Source: Burkholderiales bacterium (GTDB taxonomy: Bacteria > Pseudomonadota > Gammaproteobacteria > Burkholderiales > SG8-39). From it: a DNA stretch of 39,735 nucleotides. Below are positions 8,190-17,167 of this stretch, one piece after another. The first letter of the stretch is position 1. The number at the start of each line of letters is the position of its first letter. The notes under the pieces were generated by a model that was not told where the DNA came from, made no database searches, and saw only the letters and a program-made list of their open reading frames with translations. The stretch spans positions 1 through 39,735 of the forward strand of contig CAXNIK010000003.1 in the NCBI GenBank assembly GCA_964202115.1. The letters are read 5' to 3'. The position numbers and the translations under genes were made by a program.

Positions 8190-9152
8190 TCAATCTTCGC
8201 GGATGCCGGCGTCCTTGATCACTTTCCCCAGCACCTTCATGTCGGTGCGGATGATCGCGGCGAATTCCTCGGGCGTGCTGGCCATGGCATCGGTGCCCTC
8301 GTTGAAGAACTTCTTCTGCACCGCCGGCTGTTTCAGGAACTGCGCCACTTCCTGGTAGAACCGCCGCACGATGGCATCGGGCGTCTTCGCCGGGGCGAGA
8401 AAGCCGTTGCTCGAGCGGATCTCGTAGCCCGGCAGCCCGCCGGCGGCGGCGATGGTGGGCAGGTCGGGAAAGAGCGGCGTGGGCACAGGCGTGCTCACCG
8501 CCAGCGGCCGTACCTTGCCGGACTTGATGAACGGCAGCACGCCTCCCGCCGTGGCGAACATGAGCTGCACCTCGCCGCTCATCAGGCCCAGGTTGGCCGG
8601 TCCGCCACCCTTGTAGGGAATCGTGACGATGTTCACCCCGGCCATGGACTTGAACAGCTCGCCCGCCAGGTGCGCGGCGCCGCCAATATTGGAGGCGGCG
8701 TAGTTGAGCTTGCCCGGATTGGCCCTGGCAAACGCAATCAGCTCCTTAACGTTGCCGGCCATCACCGAAGGGTGCACCACCAGCACATTGGGTGCGGAGG
8801 TGGCCAGCATCACCGCAATGAAGTCCCTGATCGGGTCATAGGACAGGTTGTCGCGCAGGAACGGGGCCAGCCACATGCCGCTGCTGGCATACAGGAAGGT
8901 ATGGCCGTCAGGCGGTGCCTTGGACACCAGCTCGGCCGGCACCGTCCCGCCGCCGCGGTTTTCAACAATGATCTGCTGCCCCAGCGAGACGGCGATGCTG
9001 TTGCCGATGTAGCGCGCGCCCAGGTCGGCCGCGCCGGCCACCGCACCGGTCACCACGCGTATCGGTTTGGTGGGGTAGGTCTGCGCGCCGGCCGAGACCG
9101 CGATCAGCAGCGCCACGGCGGCGGTGGCGTAATGCAACGGTTTTGACTTCAA
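8190..9152 (-). CDS. Bug/TctC solute-binding protein
   Basis: Signal peptide ..AGAQTYPTKPIRVV, PPDGHT, YDPIRDF, NPGKLNY, PYKGGG, APAKTP, STPEEF. Probable TTG start 9152 after GGAG. Confidence 0.9.
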   Translation of the reverse strand: MKSKPLHYATAAVALLIAVSAGAQTYPTKPIRVVTGAVAGAADLGARYIGNSIAVSLGQQIIVENRGGGTVPAELVSKAPPDGHTFLYASSGMWLAPFLRDNLSYDPIRDFIAVMLATSAPNVLVVHPSVMAGNVKELIAFARANPGKLNYAASNIGGAAHLAGELFKSMAGVNIVTIPYKGGGPANLGLMSGEVQLMFATAGGVLPFIKSGKVRPLAVSTPVPTPLFPDLPTIAAAGGLPGYEIRSSNGFLAPAKTPDAIVRRFYQEVAQFLKQPAVQKKFFNEGTDAMASTPEEFAAIIRTDMKVLGKVIKDAGIRED

Positions 9153-9222
9153 TTCAGTGCTCCAGTATTCAGACCCGGGCGCGCGGCCCTCGATCACCAA
9201 ACAACGTGCCTCAGTATCCGCT

Positions 9223-10215
9223 TCAGTTGGCGCTGAGCTCGATGCCGGTTTCGGCGGCGAGCTTTCTCCAGCGCTCGGTTTCGGACAGGTAATGCCGCCT
9301 GAACTCGGCCGGCGTGCTGGCCACCAGCGTGTATTCCTCGCCGAACTTCTTCAGCACCTCGGGCTCCTTGATGATGCGCACCAGCGCGCCCTGCACCTTG
9401 TTGACGATGGGCGCAGGCGTTCCGGCCGGCGCGATCAGACCCAGCCAGCTGGAGTACTCCCAGTTGATGCCCTGCTCCAGCGCCGTCGGCAGATCGGGCA
9501 GGGCCGGATTGCGCTCGCGGGCGGATATGGCAATGGCGCGCAGCTTGCCTGCCTTGAGCATGGGCAGGGCCAGGCCAAAGGTGACCGGGACGATATGCGC
9601 GCGGCCGGCAATCAGATCGGGATAGGTCGCGCCGACGGACTTGTAGTGCACATAGGTCACCGGGGCGCCGGTGGCCAGTTCGAGCATCAGGCCCTGCAGA
9701 TGCTGGGTACCGCCCGCGCCGCCAGTGCCGAAATTGACCGCACCCGGATTGGCCCTGGCGTAAGCCACATACTCCTTCAGATTCTTTGCCGGGAAGCTGT
9801 TGGTCACACACAGGATGGAGTAGCGCTTGTTCAGCAGCGAGACCGGGTCGAAGTCCTTGACCGGGTCGTAGCTGCCATCTTTCACAATCAGCGGCAACGT
9901 GGCATAGGTGGAGGACACCCACACCATGGTATAGCCGTCGGGCTTTTGCCGCGCCGCGAATGTCATGCCCACCGCCATGGTGCCCCCAGGCTTGTAGTCC
10001 ATGACGAAGGGCTGGCCCAGGCTGTTGGCAAGCGCATTGGAGAAGATGCGACCCTCGACATCAGCCGCGCCTCCTGGCGCAAAGGGGACGACCATGGTCA
10101 CCGGTCGGGAAGGGTAGCCGGCTGCGGGGTCGGCCTTGCCCTGCGCCTGTGCGGCGCCGGCAACCATGGCCATGATGCACAGGGCGCTGCCTTGCGTGAG
10201 CAGATTGCTGCTCAT
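9223..10215 (-). CDS. Bug/TctC solute-binding protein
   Basis: YPSRPVTMVVPFAPGGAAD, KPDGYT, YDPVKDF, HYKS, WLGLIAPAGTP. ATG 10215 after AAGGAG. Confidence 0.92.
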   Translation of the reverse strand: MSSNLLTQGSALCIMAMVAGAAQAQGKADPAAGYPSRPVTMVVPFAPGGAADVEGRIFSNALANSLGQPFVMDYKPGGTMAVGMTFAARQKPDGYTMVWVSSTYATLPLIVKDGSYDPVKDFDPVSLLNKRYSILCVTNSFPAKNLKEYVAYARANPGAVNFGTGGAGGTQHLQGLMLELATGAPVTYVHYKSVGATYPDLIAGRAHIVPVTFGLALPMLKAGKLRAIAISARERNPALPDLPTALEQGINWEYSSWLGLIAPAGTPAPIVNKVQGALVRIIKEPEVLKKFGEEYTLVASTPAEFRRHYLSETERWRKLAAETGIELSAN

Positions 10216-10331
10216 GGATATCTTCTCCTTTGTCATACCGGGTCGTCTTGTTGTTTGGGATTGCACGCGCAACTGCACGCGCTTCGCCCTGCCGCAGTTT
10301 AAGTTTAATGCGCCCGTCCGCTTCACGCTGC

Positions 10332-11492
10332 CTATCTGCGTTGATCGAACCTGCGCCCCACCAGCGCCGCGGCGATGTTGGTCTTCTGCACGTCGATCGT
10401 ACCACCGGCGATGCCCCAGCCCCAGGCATCGCGCAGGCGGCGCTCGATGTCGAACTGCTTGCTGTAGCCGTAGCCGCCCATGAGCTGCATGGCGGTGCCG
10501 GTGACTTCGCGCACGATCTCGTTGGCGTAGCACTTGGCCATGGAGCTGGCGAGCATGCTGGGGAGGCCGTCACCGGCTTCCAGCACCGCCTTGTGCAACA
10601 GCAGGCGCGAGGCCTCGACCTTCATGGCCATCTCTGCCAGCTTCATCTGCACCGCCTGGAATTCGACGATGGGCTTGCCGAACTGCTTTCTCTCCTGCAC
10701 GTAACCCAGCACGTACTCGAAAGCGCCGGCGGCGATGCCGATGGACATGGTGGTGTTGCCGCAGCGTTCCAGGTCGAAGGCCTCCATGAGCTTTCTGAAA
10801 TTTCCGCCTGGAAGAACGATGTTCTCCACCGGCACCTCGACATCGTCGAAGTACATGTCCGCGGTCATGATGCCGCGAAAGCCCATCAGCTCTTCGCGCT
10901 TGCCAAAGCGCAGGCCGCTGGCCTCTTTCTCCACGTACACCGCGCCGATGCCGGCGGCGCCGGGCGCATCGCTCATGCGGCAGTACACCAGATACCCGCC
11001 GGCGTGCCCGGCGCCCGAGCACCAGCGCTTCATGCCGTTGATCACCACCTTGCCCCCGCGAACCTCGGCGCGGGTCTTGAGGTCGGTGAGCGCCGTGCCG
11101 GCCTCCGGCTCGGACATGGTCACGGCCACCACCAATTCACCCTTGCACACGCGCGGCAGCACCCGCTGCTTCAATTCCTCCGGACCGAAGTGCACCAGCA
11201 CGCTCATCGGCCCGAAGTTGGCCTCGAACACCGGCATGGCCACGGCCGAGGACACCTTGGCGAATTCCTCCAGCACCAGCACCGCATCGAAGTGGCTCAT
11301 GCCCTGGCCGCCGTACTGCTCGGGCACATTGATGCCGAACACGCCGAGGTCGGCATAGCGCTTCATCCACTCATGCGGCAGGGGTTGATCTTTTTCCTCA
11401 AGCTCGCGTGCCAGCGCGCCAAGCTGCTCGCGGGCGAAGCGCCGCACCGTGTCCTGCAGGGCCTGTTGTGATTCGTTCAAATTGAATTGCAT
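10332..11492 (-). CDS. Acyl-CoA dehydrogenase family protein (IVD-type Glu; same subfamily as 2893..4035)
   Basis: MSEPEAGT, FDLERCG, ERKQFGKPI..FQAVQ, GGYGY, RDAWGWGIAGGT. Shares RMSDAPG..GIG with the ACAD at 2893. Confidence 0.92.
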   Translation of the reverse strand: MQFNLNESQQALQDTVRRFAREQLGALARELEEKDQPLPHEWMKRYADLGVFGINVPEQYGGQGMSHFDAVLVLEEFAKVSSAVAMPVFEANFGPMSVLVHFGPEELKQRVLPRVCKGELVVAVTMSEPEAGTALTDLKTRAEVRGGKVVINGMKRWCSGAGHAGGYLVYCRMSDAPGAAGIGAVYVEKEASGLRFGKREELMGFRGIMTADMYFDDVEVPVENIVLPGGNFRKLMEAFDLERCGNTTMSIGIAAGAFEYVLGYVQERKQFGKPIVEFQAVQMKLAEMAMKVEASRLLLHKAVLEAGDGLPSMLASSMAKCYANEIVREVTGTAMQLMGGYGYSKQFDIERRLRDAWGWGIAGGTIDVQKTNIAAALVGRRFDQRR

Positions 11493-11776
11493 GATGGTCC
11501 TTAGCACCTAACAGCATTAATTATGCGATACGTTTGAGTAATTGGATTTGAGCCGGCGGTGGCGGTCGCAGTGGCTCGTCTGCGTCAGACATGCTCAAGC
11601 GCGAGCATTGTAAGGCCGCCACGCAGCGTCCGGTGCGCCAAGGCGCGTATGCCGCTGCGCCGCGGGTTTAACTTCATTCCCGGTACTTTTCCTCATTATT
11701 CCATGGTCATTTTCCGGATTCGCAAGTAATTCACAGTTTCTGCAGCCTTTGGCTGCTACTAATAGACCCGGGATAA

Positions 11777-12937
11777 ATGGCAACGAGAAAGTGCGGCGAG
11801 ATCATGTTGGCACGAAATGGAATGGCAAGAATTCTACTGGTGGATGACGATGAGCTGCTGCTGTTGTCGTTGAAGACTCTGCTGCAGACCACAGGCTATG
11901 AAGTGCTGACCGCCACAGACGGATTGCAGGGCCTGCAGGCCGCGCTGCAGCATGCACCCGATCTCATCCTGCTGGATATACGCATGCCGATGCTGGACGG
12001 CTTTGGCATGCTGGCCGCGCTGCGGGCCAACGCAGCCACCCGCACCATTCCGTGTGTGGTGCTCACGGCGCTGGACGATCGCGAGTGTCTTGACAACGCC
12101 TTGCGCCATGGCGCTGACGGCCTGTTGATCAAACCGGTGCGCGTCGAGGCGCTGATGCAGGCCATTGCCGGCCGCCTGGAGGTGCTCGCGGCGCGAAAGC
12201 ATATGGGCGTCCTGGAAGTTCCGCGGGCTCACCCGGGTCCGGCGACCAGAAGCGATGAGGAGGAACTCGACGCCGCGTTGTACGAATCGAGCACGCGTGC
12301 GCAGTTCAAGGAGTCGCGCGAGGTGTCGGTGCTGTTTTCCGACATTCGCAATTTCTCGCGCCTGTCGGAGATGCTGCCTTCCTCCGATGTGGCCGACGTA
12401 CTGCACTGCTATTACGAGCAGGCCGCGAACGTGGTGCGGCGCCACGGCGGCATGATGGTGCGCATCATCGGAGATGCCATGCTGGTGGCGTTCGAATCGC
12501 GCGACAACCTGCGCGGCGAACATGCAGTGAGCGCCATTCGCGCGGGTCTCCTGGTGCAGCAGACGGCGCGCGCCTACGCGCTGGAACTGGAGCGGCGCTA
12601 TCCGCGCCGCGACCTGCCGCCCTTTGCGGTGGGCACCGGCATACATACCGGCGAGGTGATGGTCTGCAGCATGGGCCAGCAACGCTCCTCGGAGACCACC
12701 ATCATCGGTGACACCGTCAATGTCGCCGCGCGCCTGGAGGCGCGCAGCAAGGAGCAAGGCTGCCTCCTGATCGCCAGCGCCGCTGCGGTGGATGCCACCG
12801 CCGGCCAGTTCATGTGCGGCCGGCGCGAGCACATTCACCTCAAGGGCAGGCACGCTCCCATCGAAGCCGTGGTGGTGCTGGACTTCGCGCCGCGCGGGCT
12901 TGGCGAAGCGCCCCGGCTGGCGGCGCTGCGCGCGTAG
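11777..12937 (+). CDS. Response-regulator receiver domain fused to class III adenylate/guanylate cyclase
   Basis: REC: ILLVDDD, LLDIRMP, VLTA, IKP. Cyclase: VLFSDIRNF, IIGDA, GIHTGEV, IGDTVNVAARLE, LKGR. The true start may be 11804 or 11822. Confidence 0.9.
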   Translation: MATRKCGEIMLARNGMARILLVDDDELLLLSLKTLLQTTGYEVLTATDGLQGLQAALQHAPDLILLDIRMPMLDGFGMLAALRANAATRTIPCVVLTALDDRECLDNALRHGADGLLIKPVRVEALMQAIAGRLEVLAARKHMGVLEVPRAHPGPATRSDEEELDAALYESSTRAQFKESREVSVLFSDIRNFSRLSEMLPSSDVADVLHCYYEQAANVVRRHGGMMVRIIGDAMLVAFESRDNLRGEHAVSAIRAGLLVQQTARAYALELERRYPRRDLPPFAVGTGIHTGEVMVCSMGQQRSSETTIIGDTVNVAARLEARSKEQGCLLIASAAAVDATAGQFMCGRREHIHLKGRHAPIEAVVVLDFAPRGLGEAPRLAALRA

Positions 12938-12960
12938 CAAGTCGATTTACCGTCAATCGC

Positions 12961-14196
12961 TTAGAGGTCTGTGTCACCGGACAGCAGTTGCTTGGCAACC
13001 ACGTGCCGCAGGATCTCATTGGTGCCGTCGGCCACGTTCACCTTGCGCAGGCTGGTGTAGGCCTCGGTCAGGTACATCTCGTTGGTGAAGCCCATGGCGC
13101 CGTGCGCCTGCATGGCGCGATCGACGGCGTTCTTGCCCACTTCCACCGCATACATCTTGGTCATGGACAGCTCCTTGATGGCTGGCTGCCCGCTATCGAG
13201 GAGCAGCGCGGCGTTGATCGCCATGAGATGCGCCGCATGCACCTGGGTCGCCGATTCGGCCAGCGGAAAGGTGACGCCCTGGTACTCGGCGATCTTCTTG
13301 CCGAAGGTCTCCCTGACCTTCACATATTCGATGGCCTGTTCCAGCGCCCAGCGCGCCAGGCCCACGGCCCGGGCCGAGTTGTACATGCGCCCCAGCCCGA
13401 CGCCGAGCATGGCGATCTTGAATCCGCGATCGAGCGTGCCCATCAGCTGATGCGGCTCCACCCTCACATTGTCAAAGCGCAGGATGGCTTCGTCGGTGCC
13501 GGCGTGGCCCCACATCTTGATCAGGCTCTCCACCACAAAGCCCTTGCTGTTCGTGGGCACCATGAAAGCGCTGATGCCGCCCTTGCGCTTCGCGGCCAGT
13601 TCCGGATTGGTCACGGCAAAGATCACGGCGTACTCGGCGTAAGGTGAGTTGGTGATCCAGATCTTGCTGCCGGAGAGTCGCCAGCCATCGCCATCGCGCT
13701 CGGCGCGGGTCTTGATCATGGCGGCATCCGATCCTGCGCCGGGCTCCGACAGCGCGAAACACATGGAGTGCTCGCCGGACATCAACGGGCCCAGGGCCTG
13801 CGCCTTCATCTGCGCCGTCATGCCGCTCAAAACGGGGCTGGGCCCCTTGGCCCAGTGGCTGACGGCGTAGTGCCCCAGCCAGTAGTGAGCGCCGCACTGG
13901 CGGTAGATCTGCTCCCAGGCCACCATGTAGGCGAGATAACCCAGCCCGCCTCCGCCAAGCTCCTCGGGCGCGCTCATGGCGTAGTAGCCGGCCCTGGCCG
14001 AGGCCATGCGCACCTCCTTGATCAGATCGAGCACGCCTTCGGTATATGCACCTTCAGGAGTGTATTTTTTGCTGATGTCCGAGAGCAGGGCCTGGTTACG
14101 CTCATGGCGCGGGATGACTTCGGCGCGCACGAAGGCCGCGACACCTTCCTTGAGCGCGACAATTTCCTCGGGGTAGTTGTAGGCAATGGCTGGCAT
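12961..14196 (-). CDS. Acyl-CoA dehydrogenase family protein (Asp at the catalytic-base position)
   Basis: FALSEPGAGSD, GSKIWITN, RETFGKKIAEYQGV, HGAMG, VNVADGTNEI. ATG 14196 preferred. Confidence 0.9.
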   Translation of the reverse strand: MPAIAYNYPEEIVALKEGVAAFVRAEVIPRHERNQALLSDISKKYTPEGAYTEGVLDLIKEVRMASARAGYYAMSAPEELGGGGLGYLAYMVAWEQIYRQCGAHYWLGHYAVSHWAKGPSPVLSGMTAQMKAQALGPLMSGEHSMCFALSEPGAGSDAAMIKTRAERDGDGWRLSGSKIWITNSPYAEYAVIFAVTNPELAAKRKGGISAFMVPTNSKGFVVESLIKMWGHAGTDEAILRFDNVRVEPHQLMGTLDRGFKIAMLGVGLGRMYNSARAVGLARWALEQAIEYVKVRETFGKKIAEYQGVTFPLAESATQVHAAHLMAINAALLLDSGQPAIKELSMTKMYAVEVGKNAVDRAMQAHGAMGFTNEMYLTEAYTSLRKVNVADGTNEILRHVVAKQLLSGDTDL

Positions 14197-14329
14197 GATG
14201 ACTTTCGGTGACTTGTTGATTGCGGCCCTCTGTGCCGGGCCGTCGGCAGATAACTGACTACGGCAGAGCAGGGTCAATGATACCGCCAGGCCTGCGACTC
14301 ATGCGCAAGCCGAGTGCATATGCGGGTCA

Positions 14330-15496
14330 TCATGGAGCGACGCCCTGGCCCACCTCATGCCATTTCGACCGCATCAGCCACACGCCCAGCAGCAGCAACA
14401 GGCCCATGAGCCACAGAAATGGCGCGATGCCGATCACCGCACCCAGTGCACCCACGGCGAAGGGAACGAAAATATGCGTGCCCATCCCCAGCGACACCTT
14501 CAGACCCATGGCCTCGCTCACCCGATCCGGGGGCGTAGCCTCGTAGAGCACCGCACTGGACACAGGCGAACCCACCCCCTGTCCCGCGCCTATGACAAAG
14601 GCGAAGATGACCAGGGCCACGAGAGCTGCGGAAAAGCCGAAAGCCAGCACACCGAGTGCGGCCATGGACATGGCCACCAGCAACATTCTCCAGGCACTGA
14701 AGCGTCGTGACAGCGGACCGAGGACCACCCGCACGGCAAAGGAGGCCACCGAGAAGGTGCTCACCACCAGGCCGATCTCCGTTGCCGAAAGCGCGAGCTG
14801 CGTGCCGTGCAGCGGCGCCAGCACCGCGAACACATCCCACAGCAGCACGAACAGCGTGCTCATGATGAGGATGGAACTCACAGCCGGATGCCTGACCAGG
14901 TCCATCGCCTTCTTCTTCTGCGCCTGCGTCGCGCCGGCGCGACCTCGCAGAATGCGCGGAAAGTGGCGGTAGGGCATCAGCCCCAGCGATACCACCGGCA
15001 GCACGGCCACCAGGCCGAGCAGGAGCAGATGGTTCCCGGTGTGGTCTATCAATATTCCGGCCACCAGAGGTGCGACGGCATTGGCACCCGATATGCCCAT
15101 GCTCATGACGGAAAAATTGGCGGCGCGCTCGGCGCTGTTCGCGGCACGCCCGGCCAGGGTGTTGACAACAACCTGCGATCCGAACGCGCCCCCGCCGACC
15201 AGCAGTCCCAGCACCGCCAGGCTCCAGTAGCCGCTGAAGAACACGGGCACCAGCGGACCGAGGATGGTGGCCAGGGTGCACAGCAGCAGCGGCCAGTTCG
15301 ATCCGATCCGGTCAACCAGCCGGCCTATGGACACCGCCCCGCACAATGGAGCAAGCGCGAACATGGAGATCAGCAGGCCGATGACGGCGGTGGATGCCTG
15401 CAGCTGTATGGCGTACAGGACGACGATGAATCGCGCCGCGGTGAGGGCGCACTGGTTCAGGAACTGGTAGCTCACCAGCGGATAGATGGGCTTCAC
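14330..15496 (-). CDS. MFS transporter
   Basis: About 12 hydrophobic segments; motif A GRLVDRIG and its second-half counterpart GPLSRRFS. Confidence 0.88.
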   Translation of the reverse strand: MKPIYPLVSYQFLNQCALTAARFIVVLYAIQLQASTAVIGLLISMFALAPLCGAVSIGRLVDRIGSNWPLLLCTLATILGPLVPVFFSGYWSLAVLGLLVGGGAFGSQVVVNTLAGRAANSAERAANFSVMSMGISGANAVAPLVAGILIDHTGNHLLLLGLVAVLPVVSLGLMPYRHFPRILRGRAGATQAQKKKAMDLVRHPAVSSILIMSTLFVLLWDVFAVLAPLHGTQLALSATEIGLVVSTFSVASFAVRVVLGPLSRRFSAWRMLLVAMSMAALGVLAFGFSAALVALVIFAFVIGAGQGVGSPVSSAVLYEATPPDRVSEAMGLKVSLGMGTHIFVPFAVGALGAVIGIAPFLWLMGLLLLLGVWLMRSKWHEVGQGVAP

Positions 15497-15557
15497 GCCG
15501 CGTGGTACCCAAGATCACGTGTACATACTGCAGTGCTGACACGCTTGCAGAGCAGGC

Positions 15558-16544
15558 TCAGGATGACTCGGTCCTGACAGTCAGTGCCTCGGGGTTGACG
15601 ACGTTGACCGGCTTCCCCGCCGCATAGGCCAGCACCTGGTCAAAGGCGGCGCCCAGGGCAAATTCATAGGTCTGCACCTCGACGTAGCCCAGGTGCGGCG
15701 TGCACACTACATTGGGCAGCTGCACCAGGGGATCGGCAGCGCCCAGCACCGGCTCCTCGTCGAACACGTCCAGCGCCGCCATGCCCGGCCGGCCGGAGCG
15801 CAATGCGGTGAGCAAAGCGCCTTCCTCTATCAGCGAGGCGCGGCTGGTGTTGACCAGCAGCGCGCTGGGCTTCATGCGCGCCAGGTCAGCAGCCGTGACA
15901 ATGCCACGCGTTTCCTCGGTGGCGCGGATCTGCAGCGTGAGCACGTCCACGGTCCCGAAAAAGGCCTCGCGGCTGGAGGCGATGTCATGGCCCTGCTCGC
16001 GTGCCCTTGCCAGCGAGCCTTCGCGCCCCCACACCAGCACCTTCATGCCGAAGGCCTTGGCATAGCCAGCCATGACACTGCCAATGCGACCGAAGCCATA
16101 GATTCCCAGGGTCTTCCCGCGCATTCCCTGACCCATGGTGGATTGCCAGTGGCCCGCTTTGAGCGCAGCCATCTCCTGCGGAATCCTGCGCATGGCGGCG
16201 ATCATCAGCCCCCAGGCCAGTTCCGCGGTGGCGTAGGAAGGCCGCGTTCCCATGCCCGAGGACAGAATGACACCGTGACGGGTGCAGGCCTCGACATCCA
16301 CGTGCGGATAGACGCCGTTCTGGCTGATGATGCGCAGCTTCGGCAACTGCCGGATCAGCTCGCCGGGAATCGGCGTGCGCTCGCGGATCAGCACCAGCGC
16401 TTCGGTGTCGTGCAGGCGCCGCGCCAGCAGGCCGACGTCCTTGGTGTGATGGTTCCAGATCGTGACCTCATGCCCGGTGAGCTTGTCGTAGCACCCGAGC
16501 GTCCTGACCACATCCTGGTAGTCGTCGATGATTGCGATCTTCAT
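15558..16544 (-). CDS. D-isomer-specific 2-hydroxyacid dehydrogenase family protein
   Basis: GFGRIG Rossmann motif, VNTSRA, LDVFDEEP, TPHLG. Start overlaps the leuD stop (ATGA). Confidence 0.92.
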   Translation of the reverse strand: MKIAIIDDYQDVVRTLGCYDKLTGHEVTIWNHHTKDVGLLARRLHDTEALVLIRERTPIPGELIRQLPKLRIISQNGVYPHVDVEACTRHGVILSSGMGTRPSYATAELAWGLMIAAMRRIPQEMAALKAGHWQSTMGQGMRGKTLGIYGFGRIGSVMAGYAKAFGMKVLVWGREGSLARAREQGHDIASSREAFFGTVDVLTLQIRATEETRGIVTAADLARMKPSALLVNTSRASLIEEGALLTALRSGRPGMAALDVFDEEPVLGAADPLVQLPNVVCTPHLGYVEVQTYEFALGAAFDQVLAYAAGKPVNVVNPEALTVRTESS

Positions 16545-17167
16545 GGGCGGCGCCCCTGTGAGGCCAGCCAGGGGAATTCCCTGTCATAGGCGGCCTCGAA
16601 GGCGGCGATCTCGGCGCCGTGCTGCAGGCTGAGGCTGATCTCGTCCATGCCTTCTAGCAGCAATTGCTTGCGCATGGGATCGATGTCGAACTTGAACACC
16701 TGCCCGTCAGCCCCGGTGATGGATTGCGCAGGCAGGTCGACCGCGATGCGCGGGCTGGCGGCCTGGCCAAGTGCGTTGCGCAACGATGCCGTCTGTTCCG
16801 CCGGCAGCACCACCGCCAGCAGGCCGTTCTTGAAGCTGTTGTTGTAGAAGATATCGCCAAAACTGGTGGCGATCACCACCCTGATGCCGTGATCCATCAG
16901 GGCCCACACCGCGACTTCCCGGGAAGATCCGCAGCCGAAGTTGACATCAGCCACGAGAATGGTGGCGGCCCGATACGCCGGGTGGTTGAGCACGAAACCG
17001 GCGTTTTCCGAGCCGTCCTCATTGAAGCGCAGATCATGAAACAACTGTCCGCCGAAACCGTCCTGGCGCGCACGCGACAGATAGCGCGCCGGCACGATCT
17101 GATCAGTATCGACATTCGACTCGTCCAGCGGCGCGGCAATGCCTTCGACCCTGTCGAACTTGTTCAT
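16541..17167 (-). CDS. leuD: 3-isopropylmalate dehydratase small-subunit homolog (non-canonical)
   Basis: NVDTDQIVP, NFGCGSSRE(V)A, SFGDIFYNN, VDLPAQ. ATG 17167 overlaps the leuC stop. Confidence 0.85.
   Translation of the reverse strand: MNKFDRVEGIAAPLDESNVDTDQIVPARYLSRARQDGFGGQLFHDLRFNEDGSENAGFVLNHPAYRAATILVADVNFGCGSSREVAVWALMDHGIRVVIATSFGDIFYNNSFKNGLLAVVLPAEQTASLRNALGQAASPRIAVDLPAQSITGADGQVFKFDIDPMRKQLLLEGMDEISLSLQHGAEIAAFEAAYDREFPWLASQGRRP

Noticed and set aside
11807-11826. TTGGCACG resembling a sigma-54 -24 box near the cyclase start
   Set aside because: No TTGC -12 element at the required spacing.
11777-12937. Cyclase as part of a Pycsar/CBASS anti-phage system
   Set aside because: No adjacent cNMP-binding TIR/TM effector; it is REC-fused and the context is metabolic.
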